A stretch of 26,705 nucleotides of DNA from a virus (Duplodnaviria; Caudoviricetes): positions 1 through 26,705 of IMG/VR virus record IMGVR_UViG_3300020477_001602, one strand, 5' to 3'. Under the pieces are notes generated by a model. It was not told the origin of the DNA. It did no database searches and saw only the letters and a program-made list of their open reading frames with translations. The position numbers and the translations under genes are program-made. Positions within the stretch are counted from its first letter, which is position 1; each line of letters begins with the position of its first letter. Below, one piece after another: positions 1-8,368 of this stretch.

Positions 1-125
1 CGACGACGACTACTACCACGACGACGACTACTACCACGACGACGACTACTACCACGACTACGACTACTACCACGACGACGACTACTACCACGACTACGAC
101 TACTACCACGACGACGACTACTACC
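1..125 (+). repeat. 18-bp tandem repeat (ACGACGACGACTACTACC, variant ACGACTACGACTACTACC), at least 7 units, encoding poly-Thr
   Basis: Read directly: units in order A,A,A,B,A,B,A; the first unit is clipped by the window edge. Confidence 0.95.
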
Positions 126-563
126 ACGACAACTTGCGCTCCTTTTTCGGGCGCAGCTTTTATGATGTTCAACGGAACTGATTGCGAATGCCCGTGCAAT
201 CCTTGCCAAACTACTACCACTAGCGGACCCACAACTACTACAGCGCCACCCCAGTCAACAACGACGACTTTCGAAGTTGAGTGTTGTGGTTGGGCTGATG
301 AAGGAGCTTATATTGAAGCCAAAAAATGTGTACTGGGTGGAGGTGATAACGATTTTACTACCGACCCAGACGAATATTACTGTCTTGATGCTGGAGTAAC
401 CGGAATTAGCGTAGGCGACTTTGCTTGTGTTAATGGTTGTGGCGGAGGAAGTTTTGCTATAAAAGTTACGAACATTAATCAATCACTACCTTCAAACCGG
501 ACTGTAAATGGGTCGATTTTCGCATACAAAACAGGCGGCCATTGCAATGACTGTGGAACATAA
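3..563 (+). CDS. C-terminal part of a Thr-rich (mucin-like), Cys-rich protein, 5'-truncated by the window; possible virion/surface protein
   Basis: The frame of the listed ORF 162..563 is open back to position 3: 44 consecutive ACN (Thr) codons (3-134), then CAPFSGAAF-MMFNGTDCECPCNPCQTTTT and further Thr runs and Cys clusters. Confidence 0.8.
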   Translation, partial: TTTTTTTTTTTTTTTTTTTTTTTTTTTTTTTTTTTTTTTTTTTTCAPFSGAAFMMFNGTDCECPCNPCQTTTTSGPTTTTAPPQSTTTTFEVECCGWADEGAYIEAKKCVLGGGDNDFTTDPDEYYCLDAGVTGISVGDFACVNGCGGGSFAIKVTNINQSLPSNRTVNGSIFAYKTGGHCNDCGT

Positions 564-751
564 TGAAACAGATAGATTTAATAGTTAATAAAGTACCTAT
601 TGTTCTTGATGTTGATGAGGATAATTGGACTAAAAATAATCTAATTGTGTTAAAGCCTGACGCGAAAGAGTATGAAGTTATAGATATTATTAATTATTTA
701 TTCGAAGAAGGATTTATATTAGATAGAAGAATAAAATATAAAATAGTGTAA
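563..751 (+). CDS. hypothetical protein (62 aa)
   Basis: ATG overlaps the upstream stop (TAATG); compact ORF in a + strand run. Confidence 0.7.
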   Translation: MKQIDLIVNKVPIVLDVDEDNWTKNNLIVLKPDAKEYEVIDIINYLFEEGFILDRRIKYKIV

Positions 752-763
752 TTATTTAAGTAA

Positions 764-970
764 ATGACGCACCCTATGAACATGCCTTACATATCTTTAG
801 AGACAGCCTTCAAGGTAATTGACAAAGTTGCCTCTGAGTATGATGCCTTGTCTAAAGAGGGTAATCATAGCGAAGAAAAAGCTTGGGGAAGAGCAGGGCT
901 AACCGCTTCTGTGCAAATTAAAAGAGAGCTTATAAAAGAAATTCAAAGAAGGGAAAGGCTCTTTGACTAG
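764..970 (+). CDS. hypothetical protein (68 aa)
   Basis: ORF preceded by a GTGTAAT motif (746-752); its stop shares CTAG (967-970) with the convergent gene. Confidence 0.65.
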   Translation: MTHPMNMPYISLETAFKVIDKVASEYDALSKEGNHSEEKAWGRAGLTASVQIKRELIKEIQRRERLFD

Positions 971-1680
971 GCGTTAACCTTTTTGAGTCTTTCTATAAGT
1001 TCGAAAACTTTAGGCTTTGGAATATCATTAACAGATTCTAATGTCCCTGCATTTTCGTAATTTTCCTTTTCCAGCTTCTTTTTTATTGAATCAAACTTAA
1101 CATTTTTTTCCTTCATCACACTAATTAACAATGCTGTAGGAGAAGGAAGTAAATCATCCTCTTGAACCTCCTCTGGAGAGGAAACAGGCTTAGGTGCAAA
1201 TACCATCTTTTTAAGCTCTTCATTAGCTACGATAGCGATTCTAAGAAAATTACGGACCGCACGAACAAAGGCTCTATTTTCTGCTATAGGCCCAAGAAAA
1301 GCTTGGCCAAATCCATGAGTATTATGTGGGCCAGCATCTCCTATCCCGCTAAATGTAACCTCTTTACCTTCCGTCTCATAATTTGGGGTAAATTTTATGG
1401 AGCAAGTGACAACTACATAATCTTTGGAAGGGGAAACAACTGAATAATTTATATCTGTATATCCCCTGATCTGGGCAAGCTCTTTAATTCCCGACAGCAA
1501 GATAATAAGCTCCGAATCTTTTAGCTTTGTAACGTCAGTTTCGCTTGTTTTTTGAAGATTGGGAACCAGATGCTCTGGTTTAATCATTTTTCTCCAATCA
1601 ACAAATCCATCCTCGTTAAATACATAGTTAACGGATGGGAGTAAGCCGTTTTTGTCTCTCTTAATTTCTTTTAGCTTCAT
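967..1680 (-). CDS. putative single-strand annealing protein (Rad52/Sak-like annealase)
   Basis: Pattern GIKELA..RG, beta strands, FSGIGDA, then AENRAFVRAVRNFLRI..VANEEL resembles annealase cores; followed by a linker and a small helical C-terminal domain; sits next to the putative SSB and polymerase. Confidence 0.5.
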   Translation of the reverse strand: MKLKEIKRDKNGLLPSVNYVFNEDGFVDWRKMIKPEHLVPNLQKTSETDVTKLKDSELIILLSGIKELAQIRGYTDINYSVVSPSKDYVVVTCSIKFTPNYETEGKEVTFSGIGDAGPHNTHGFGQAFLGPIAENRAFVRAVRNFLRIAIVANEELKKMVFAPKPVSSPEEVQEDDLLPSPTALLISVMKEKNVKFDSIKKKLEKENYENAGTLESVNDIPKPKVFELIERLKKVNA

Positions 1681-1686
1681 AATTTT

Positions 1687-2250
1687 TTACCAAAGATCAT
1701 CTTCGTCTTCGTTCATTAATTCTGACGGTTCTTCCTTCTGCTTGGGGGGAGCACTGTCATTGTAAGAGTTTTTTTGCATCATTTTTTCCATTGCGGAATC
1801 GGTAATTTTGAAACTTTCTTGCAAAATATAAGAAAGATGCTGCGATAATAGTTCTCCCTCTGGAAAAGTAAAACCGATTAAGAAAGAAGCTTTGGACGTG
1901 GAGTCTTCTTTACTTTCCTTCGTAACATTAAAGGAAAATCCTATTTGTTTTCCGTCTCTTTCGTAAGGACCAAAAGTAAATCTAGCAATTTGATTGCTTC
2001 CATGGTAACCCGTAAATTTTCGATTGCTTTTTATAGCGTCAATTATAGAAGCTATTTCTACAGCGCTAAATTTAACATTTACTCTTTTGTTTGGATTATC
2101 TTTATTTTTCTTAAAGGAGCCTATCCTTCTGTTGCTGTCCCATCCATCCTGTTTTATTAAGGTGGTAAAAAAAGCGTTGTCTTTTTTGTTAAGGTAAAAG
2201 GAGCAAGCCGTGCCCGTTACCTTTGCGTTAGGTTTGTAAAAGTGTATCAT
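1687..2250 (-). CDS. putative ssDNA-binding protein (Whirly/PC4-like fold) with acidic tail
   Basis: Two beta-sheet+helix repeats (VKFSAVEIASII..., FLIGFTFPEGELL...) and an acidic aromatic-ended tail (EDEDDLW) typical of SSBs; immediately downstream of dnaE. Confidence 0.5.
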   Translation of the reverse strand: MIHFYKPNAKVTGTACSFYLNKKDNAFFTTLIKQDGWDSNRRIGSFKKNKDNPNKRVNVKFSAVEIASIIDAIKSNRKFTGYHGSNQIARFTFGPYERDGKQIGFSFNVTKESKEDSTSKASFLIGFTFPEGELLSQHLSYILQESFKITDSAMEKMMQKNSYNDSAPPKQKEEPSELMNEDEDDLW

Positions 2251-2256
2251 GTTTAC

Positions 2257-2284
2257 AGTATACTAGGTTTTTTAAGTTTGTCAA
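2257..2284 (-). promoter_or_regulatory. sigma70-like promoter TTGACA-N16-TATACT, probably leaderless transcript
   Basis: -35 at 2284-2279 (overlaps the dnaE stop), -10 at 2262-2257, ATG (2250) follows after 6 nt. Confidence 0.8.
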
Positions 2285-4836
2285 CTATTTTTTAGCTCTG
2301 ATAGTTTTGTGTATATTTTGTTTGATTGAATTGCTATTTTATCCGCAAAAACAACTTCATCCTTTTTGACTCCGTTAACGATAACAATGTTATTTTCTTC
2401 TGGCGGAGAGCCATTATTTGAGGTAACGCTGTTTTCAAGTCTCTTGGAAAAGATCATCACTTTCATACTACCCGTTTCATCTTCTACGAACATTCTCATG
2501 TAGTCGTTTCCGTTTCTAGATGTTCCGAAATACGGCTTATCCTCTACAGTGCCCACAAAAGATACCCTGTCGTCAACTTCGGAATCTTCCACTTCCCTCA
2601 ATGATAAAAGGTTGTCCTTTTTTTCTCTGAAAATATCCTTCAAAGGCATATTGTATGTATAGCCGAGAAGATGTTTTTCGTAATACCAGTTTGCAAAAGT
2701 TTCTGAATATTTATTTTTAAAATAAATTTGTTTATATGGTTCTGATTTTGTTTTAATTGTGTTTAGCCTTGTATCTCTTATTATTGGCTTTCCTTTTTCG
2801 TCTTTTTTTTCTTTTAATTTTTTGACTATTTCAACTAAATCGTACTTTTGCGACTCAGCCAGCAGCATGGCAGATTTTTTTTCTTTTTTAGTTAAGATGT
2901 TCCAAAGTTGAGCTTCATAAACAACTTTGCTTCTGGACACCGAGAATCCCTCGAATGTGCCAGCTTGAATTAGTGCTGATAGTATGCCAATCGTAAGACC
3001 TGATTCCTTTGCTCCTTCAAAAACTTCGAATTTATTAGAGTAATTATCTTTAAAATTGTTCAGTTTTTCAATTGATTTATCTGATATTCCTTTTATGGAT
3101 AAAAGACCAAATCTAATATCTTTACCCTCTACTTTAAAATCCATATCAGATTTAATAATATGAGGGGGTAAAAGTTTTATATCAAAATGAGACATTTCTC
3201 TTTGAATTTTAGATATTTCACTAATTGGGTCTGGCTCATGTCTGGTCATTTTCAACAAGCTTAAAAAGAATTGTTGGGGGTACTTAAATTTTAAATAAAT
3301 AGTTGTAGCAGCTAAGGCGGCGTATGAAATAGAGTGAGATTTATTAAAAGAATAATTAGCAGAATCTTCTAATACTCTCCATAGAATATCTCCAATTTCT
3401 GATTCAAGATTGTTTTCCTTAATTTTATTTTTAATTTTCCTTTTCCACTTGCGAACTTCTTTTACCTTTTTCTTTCCTACAATACGCCTTAAGATTTCCG
3501 CTTCATCAAGAGTAAAGCCAATCTTGTTAGCCATTTTCATTAGCTGCTCTTGGTATAAGGCTACGCCGCCTGTTGATGTTAGAATGTCGTCAAAAAATGG
3601 GTGGATTGGATCATAGGTTCCGTCCTCTACGTAGGCCGCGTATTGATCCACAAAATTAAGCGCCCCCGGACGAGCCAAGGCTAATACGGCGCTTAGTTCT
3701 TCCAAATTCTTGGGTTTAACTTTCTGACAGACACGATAATTCGTTTCAGCTTCAATTTGGAACAAGCCATGAGGTGTTCTGAGGTATTGAAGATTATCGT
3801 AGATAAGTTGATCTTTTAAGTTTACATCAGTAATATCAATACCAACGCTTTTGCATACATCATCCACGACTGAAACGGCGCGTAGACCAAGAATATCAAG
3901 TTTAACATTAAAAATTGATATCCAATTCATGTCATACGAAGCAACGTGACTCTTTTTATCTGAGGTTAATTCCGTTGGACAACAATCGTTTAGCTTATCG
4001 AACGACAAAGAAATTGCGGAAGGATGTACCCCTTTATTTTTTATCAGCCCTTTGATCTTTAGTGATATATTGTAAGCTTCTTCATTTTCATCACACCATT
4101 TTTTAAACTCATCCTGCTCGGCGTAAGCCTCTTTAATGTCCTTAATTTGGCCAAAAACCTTTGGAATAAGAGAAGAAACTTTATTCATTTCTTGCTCGCT
4201 TTTATTGGCCGCTACTTTTCCGCATTCCTTAATGCATAGTTTTCCGCTTAATGTGTTTAAGGTAATTATTTTTGAGGTTTTACCTTTAAACTTTTCTTCA
4301 AGGTATTCAATAACTTTCTGACGATTGTAGTAACAGATGTCAAGGTCTACATCCATCATCAATGAGCCGTCTAAATATGTTATGTCATTTATTATGGTTT
4401 TTTTAGCTCTGATTTTTGATATAAATCTTTCAAAATAAAGCCCGTGCTCAATAGGGTCTATCTTGGTTACTCCAATAAAATATAAAACCAAACTTCCTGC
4501 TGCGCTGCCACGACCAAGTCCAGTTGGAATGTTGCTTTCTTTGCAGTAGTTAATTACATCCCATACTAAAAGAAGGTAATCAATAAATCCAAGCTCTTTA
4601 ATTGTCTTAAGCTCATGCTCAAGTCTTTCGGAGTACTCATTTTTTCTTTCTTCACTAACATCTTTCCATACTTTTTCTTTACCGTTTTCGCACAAAGCTT
4701 TTAAAAAGTTTTCGTTATCAATATCCTCGCTTACGCCAAGAGATCTTTTGTATTTGTTATTAATTTCGAAAGATGGCAATCGCACACCATGCAGGGGGAT
4801 ATCTAGTTCTTTAAATTGGTCTGTAAAATCAGGCAT
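2281..4836 (-). CDS. dnaE: DNA polymerase III alpha-type (family C) catalytic core lacking the PHP domain
   Basis: GRGSAAGSLV, FERF, DVDLD catalytic aspartates, KLDILGL, LYQEQ, YSFNKSHS, IRFGLLSIKGI (HhH), C-terminal OB fold; N-terminus begins at the post-PHP 'LPxF' region. Confidence 0.93.
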   Translation of the reverse strand: MPDFTDQFKELDIPLHGVRLPSFEINNKYKRSLGVSEDIDNENFLKALCENGKEKVWKDVSEERKNEYSERLEHELKTIKELGFIDYLLLVWDVINYCKESNIPTGLGRGSAAGSLVLYFIGVTKIDPIEHGLYFERFISKIRAKKTIINDITYLDGSLMMDVDLDICYYNRQKVIEYLEEKFKGKTSKIITLNTLSGKLCIKECGKVAANKSEQEMNKVSSLIPKVFGQIKDIKEAYAEQDEFKKWCDENEEAYNISLKIKGLIKNKGVHPSAISLSFDKLNDCCPTELTSDKKSHVASYDMNWISIFNVKLDILGLRAVSVVDDVCKSVGIDITDVNLKDQLIYDNLQYLRTPHGLFQIEAETNYRVCQKVKPKNLEELSAVLALARPGALNFVDQYAAYVEDGTYDPIHPFFDDILTSTGGVALYQEQLMKMANKIGFTLDEAEILRRIVGKKKVKEVRKWKRKIKNKIKENNLESEIGDILWRVLEDSANYSFNKSHSISYAALAATTIYLKFKYPQQFFLSLLKMTRHEPDPISEISKIQREMSHFDIKLLPPHIIKSDMDFKVEGKDIRFGLLSIKGISDKSIEKLNNFKDNYSNKFEVFEGAKESGLTIGILSALIQAGTFEGFSVSRSKVVYEAQLWNILTKKEKKSAMLLAESQKYDLVEIVKKLKEKKDEKGKPIIRDTRLNTIKTKSEPYKQIYFKNKYSETFANWYYEKHLLGYTYNMPLKDIFREKKDNLLSLREVEDSEVDDRVSFVGTVEDKPYFGTSRNGNDYMRMFVEDETGSMKVMIFSKRLENSVTSNNGSPPEENNIVIVNGVKKDEVVFADKIAIQSNKIYTKLSELKNS

Positions 4837-5719
4837 TTTCCGTTATCCATTTTGCTAAGTTAAGGTCACAGTTCTCTTTGTTGTAGGCGTAATCAAGTTT
4901 ATAAACATCTTTGTTTCCTAGCGCCTCTATATAAATATTTTCTTCATCGCCGTTCCTGTATGTTTTTCCCGCAGAAACTGCCGTTTTTTTTCTAGACGCT
5001 ATACCGTACCAAGCTGACCAGCTATCGCAAGACAAAACAAACGAAGCGTGGTTCATGATTAGGTCGATTGACTCAAATATATTAGTTTTTCCTAGTAGGT
5101 TTGTGATAGGGTATTTTTTTAACAGGTTTGGATAGTACTCTTCCATGTCTTTTTCGTCTTTCTCACTACCTATAGCCACCACTTCATATCCTTGTTCAAG
5201 CAGGGCTTCTACGCTTTTATCCCAAGGGCTTATATACTCTGATTGTATATCATTTTTTGCTCTATGCAAGATAGATATTGGTTGAAACACGGCTATTTTA
5301 TGATTATCAGCGCGATAAGGATGACTAAACTTGGAGAAAGAAGAAAAGTCTATGTCTTTACTTATGTCGTGAACGAACGTATTACCCAAAAGCTCTGAGC
5401 CACTAGCCAAAGTCATTCCAACGTGGTATCTGCTTTCTTTGCGACCCTTGTCTATTGGTTTTTTTTGACTAACGTCAAAGATAATACCTTTTATAAAATT
5501 GACTGTTGACCAAAATTTAAATATATTTCGATCCATAGGAAACCATTCTTTAGTGTGCCCGGTCCAAGCCTCTTTAGCTGTATGGATTACTACGTCTTTA
5601 CCTTTAGCTAATTGTTTAGCCGCCATTAAGTTGAACATTTGATCCCCCCAAAAACAAGAAGGAGACCAAATGTGGTAGAACCCGTCGTCTACTTTATTAA
5701 TTACAGTTCTATCTGCCAT
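4829..5719 (-). CDS. glycosyltransferase, GT9 (heptosyltransferase)-like GT-B fold
   Basis: WGDQ near the N-terminus; NLLGKTNIFESIDLI..ASFVLSCDS matches the GT9 NLxGKTxLxE...xDSG motif. Confidence 0.65.
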   Translation of the reverse strand: MADRTVINKVDDGFYHIWSPSCFWGDQMFNLMAAKQLAKGKDVVIHTAKEAWTGHTKEWFPMDRNIFKFWSTVNFIKGIIFDVSQKKPIDKGRKESRYHVGMTLASGSELLGNTFVHDISKDIDFSSFSKFSHPYRADNHKIAVFQPISILHRAKNDIQSEYISPWDKSVEALLEQGYEVVAIGSEKDEKDMEEYYPNLLKKYPITNLLGKTNIFESIDLIMNHASFVLSCDSWSAWYGIASRKKTAVSAGKTYRNGDEENIYIEALGNKDVYKLDYAYNKENCDLNLAKWITENA

Positions 5720-6339
5720 TTTAATTTATTCCAAACTTTAAGGTTAAGCTCAAGATCAACGATTGCATCGTGGAGTTTACTGTAGTCGTGATTTATCTCA
5801 AACTCTTTCCCCATATGGGTTAGGTTTGTTTTTATACCCTTCCTTCTCTCGTGTAACATCCTGTATTGGTATTCAGTTAAATCTTGCCCTATCTTATAGT
5901 GAACATCATACTTAATTCCTCTGGCTATACAATTTGTGTCTATGATTTTATTTACTAAATGCCTATACTCTTTCCCCATATACTTGTAATAGTCTTTTAT
6001 TAAATATAAGTCGAACCCTAATATATTATGACCCACTATATAGTCTGCGTTATCCAACCAGTCTTCTATAGTTGGAAATACTTCTTCTGGGGTTAAGCCT
6101 TTTTTTTCTAACACCTTGGGGTTAAAGCGAGTTATCCTTGCTGCGTCTGCACTAATCTGTAATTTTGTGTCCCATTTAATATAAAAGTTCTTTTCTGCGA
6201 TTTTTTTATCACCTACGACTTTTAACATGGCAATTTGCCAAGGCAAATTATGACAACTGTTAAGGCATAAGTTGAGAGTTTCGCAGTCGATAAAAACATA
6301 TTCTTTATCTTTATCAAATCTTAAAAATTGTTCATCCAT
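5701..6339 (-). CDS. dnaQ: DEDDh 3'-5' exonuclease (DnaQ/epsilon-like proofreading subunit)
   Basis: ExoI IDCET, ExoII GHNILGFD, ExoIII HDAIVD. Confidence 0.88.
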   Translation of the reverse strand: MDEQFLRFDKDKEYVFIDCETLNLCLNSCHNLPWQIAMLKVVGDKKIAEKNFYIKWDTKLQISADAARITRFNPKVLEKKGLTPEEVFPTIEDWLDNADYIVGHNILGFDLYLIKDYYKYMGKEYRHLVNKIIDTNCIARGIKYDVHYKIGQDLTEYQYRMLHERRKGIKTNLTHMGKEFEINHDYSKLHDAIVDLELNLKVWNKLKWQIEL

Positions 6340-7058
6340 TATTTTACAATCCTTTCTTTGTAGTTGTTATAAATACTTTTTCTTCCTTTGTTATTAAATC
6401 CAGCTAGATGAAGTATAAAGTCTCCATCTTTGAAGGATAATTTTTTGTAATCTTCGTAGGTGCTTTTAAAATTAAAAACCCCAGCTTTCGTTGTAAACTC
6501 TCCAAAATTTCTGTAATATTTGTAATGAGGAAAAGAATTTAATTTTGTTTGCTCTAAGACTATTGTCCTTGAACCTTTTTCGTAAGCCGCATTATAAAAC
6601 GCTGAATCAACCTGTACTCCAGAGGGGTGATCGATAAACTCTTCCTTGGAGTAAGTATACTCTAAAAGTTTTCTGGAATAAATATTATTATTTATAAGCC
6701 AAGTACCCGTACACCAACCGCATGGACTATGGGTAACTACGAAATCATAATCGTCATTTATAAATTCTTCTAATTTTATAGAATGATTCATTATGATTGC
6801 GTCAGCGTCTATCCAAAATATCCAATCGCAATCGTTTTCCATTTCTTCTAGGATGTACGCAATCTTACTCCAATTAGTAGGTCTGCTTTTGTCTTTTAAA
6901 TCTCTAAAGCCTTTCCAAGAGTAGTCGTGTTTTTCACAATATTCTTTATTATTTTCAAAAATTTCTTCCGCCCAATCCCACACGTTTTCCGTAGCAAAAG
7001 AGATAACGCTTATGCTCTTGCCTTTCGCATCAGCAATATTTAAACCGTACTCATCCAT
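6339..7058 (-). CDS. glycosyltransferase, GT34 (Mnn10/GMA12)-like
   Basis: NKEYCEKHDY, RPTNWSKI, WIFWIDADAIIMN (DxD), GDFILHLAG. Confidence 0.78.
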   Translation of the reverse strand: MDEYGLNIADAKGKSISVISFATENVWDWAEEIFENNKEYCEKHDYSWKGFRDLKDKSRPTNWSKIAYILEEMENDCDWIFWIDADAIIMNHSIKLEEFINDDYDFVVTHSPCGWCTGTWLINNNIYSRKLLEYTYSKEEFIDHPSGVQVDSAFYNAAYEKGSRTIVLEQTKLNSFPHYKYYRNFGEFTTKAGVFNFKSTYEDYKKLSFKDGDFILHLAGFNNKGRKSIYNNYKERIVK

Positions 7059-7731
7059 TGTCTATGTATTCATTTATATTTTTCATTTTTTCTTCCTGAG
7101 AATTAAAGCCAGCAAAATGGAGAATGAAATCTCCTTGCTCGTAAATCCCTTTGTCCGCTCTCTCTTTGTTGTAAAAAAACAATTCGTTTCTTGTTCGGGT
7201 CCACTGTTGTTTTTCTGACACGCTTTCTCTAGCTATAGGGGGGTAAGCGTTTATATCTTTTTGGGTAATTGTTTTAACTTTTAGTGAGTTTGGTTCATTT
7301 ATATATTCTATGATAGCTGCTTGCTCCCACCAAGGGTGATTGATCGCCCAGTTTTTTTCGTAAACCTCTTTAAGGAAATGTTTTGAATTTTTTGTATTTT
7401 TTAAGAGAAAAACCCCCGTGTTTATAGTAAAGCAGTCTACAGCTATAATAAGATCGTACTCATCATCTATAATTGATTCCAATTTAATTTCGTCATTCAT
7501 TATGAAGGCGTCTGCATCAATCCAGACGGCCCAATGCGTGGAAACGTCATCTAGGGTTTTTTGTAGGGCTTTTATTTTACCCCAAGGAGCGGGTCTATCT
7601 TCATCTAAAGATTCAGAAAAAAGAACAAAATTATAATTATGTTTTTCGCAGTAAGATTTTTTATTAGACACCGTTGCTTCCTTGTAGGGTAAGTTGTCCG
7701 TGGCTAAAGTTACTAGAGATATGTTTTCCAT
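7051..7731 (-). CDS. glycosyltransferase, GT34 (Mnn10/GMA12)-like, paralog of the downstream gene
   Basis: NKKSYCEKHNY, RPAPWGKI, WAVWIDADAFIMN, INTGVFLLKN, WWEQAA, GDFILHFAG. Confidence 0.82.
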   Translation of the reverse strand: MENISLVTLATDNLPYKEATVSNKKSYCEKHNYNFVLFSESLDEDRPAPWGKIKALQKTLDDVSTHWAVWIDADAFIMNDEIKLESIIDDEYDLIIAVDCFTINTGVFLLKNTKNSKHFLKEVYEKNWAINHPWWEQAAIIEYINEPNSLKVKTITQKDINAYPPIARESVSEKQQWTRTRNELFFYNKERADKGIYEQGDFILHFAGFNSQEEKMKNINEYIDNG

Positions 7732-7732
7732 T

Positions 7733-8368
7733 TTATAAGCTGAAAGCTTTTAATTTGTTTTCAAATGTATCGTTAAATTTAGGAAGAGGATTTAGCATTT
7801 TATTCTGCAAAGCAAACGTTCCCTTTTTTGAGCTATCTTTGTCGTAATTATAGTTTAATTCTGAGGGGAGATCTCTTTCGGGAATCCAACCCATTAAATA
7901 AACTTTGCACTTTTCAAATTCGTCCGTAAAGTCAGCTAAAGTGGCTATGTAAATATTTGATTTATGTCTTTCGTGTGGTCTTACAAAAAGGTTATAAGTT
8001 AAAATATCCTTTGAGCGGTATCTAATTCTCCCCCCCTTTACGTCAATTGGGTAGGGGGGTAAATCGATACCCATGTCTCCTTTATATTTTTGCTGATTTT
8101 GTTTATCTCTGGTCTCAAAATAAGTCTTGCCGCCGTCTCTAAAGAACCATTCGCTAGCTACAAATGTTGTAAGTTGTCCGGTGAATTGATATTCTATGTT
8201 ATTTTTTCGCTTATTTTTTGCGGAGACTATTTGAGATTCGCAGTTTATTAAGTTGCACTCTTTGGCGTATTCCATGCAAGTATTTGCCGTAGATGGCTTA
8301 ATGGAGAATCTGATTATGTCTTTATGAGTTATCACTTTTTTCTCTCCAGCTTTCAATACAAAACTCAT
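7733..8368 (-). CDS. putative PD-(D/E)XK restriction-endonuclease-like protein (true start possibly GTG at 8335)
   Basis: GDMGIDL..PIDVKG and KVYLMGWI resemble phage REase-like nucleases; GGAGAG precedes the GTG at 8335. Confidence 0.5.
   Translation of the reverse strand: MSFVLKAGEKKVITHKDIIRFSIKPSTANTCMEYAKECNLINCESQIVSAKNKRKNNIEYQFTGQLTTFVASEWFFRDGGKTYFETRDKQNQQKYKGDMGIDLPPYPIDVKGGRIRYRSKDILTYNLFVRPHERHKSNIYIATLADFTDEFEKCKVYLMGWIPERDLPSELNYNYDKDSSKKGTFALQNKMLNPLPKFNDTFENKLKAFSL

Noticed and set aside
1-134. Tandem repeat as a CRISPR array or telomere-like end
   Set aside because: No spacers; every unit is in-frame ACN codons continuous with a protein.
8322-8360. Split-intein start in the PHP tail (EFCIESW...)
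   Set aside because: Only about 11 residues follow the Cys, and the DnaE core N-terminus lacks an intein C-terminal HN-C/S/T motif.
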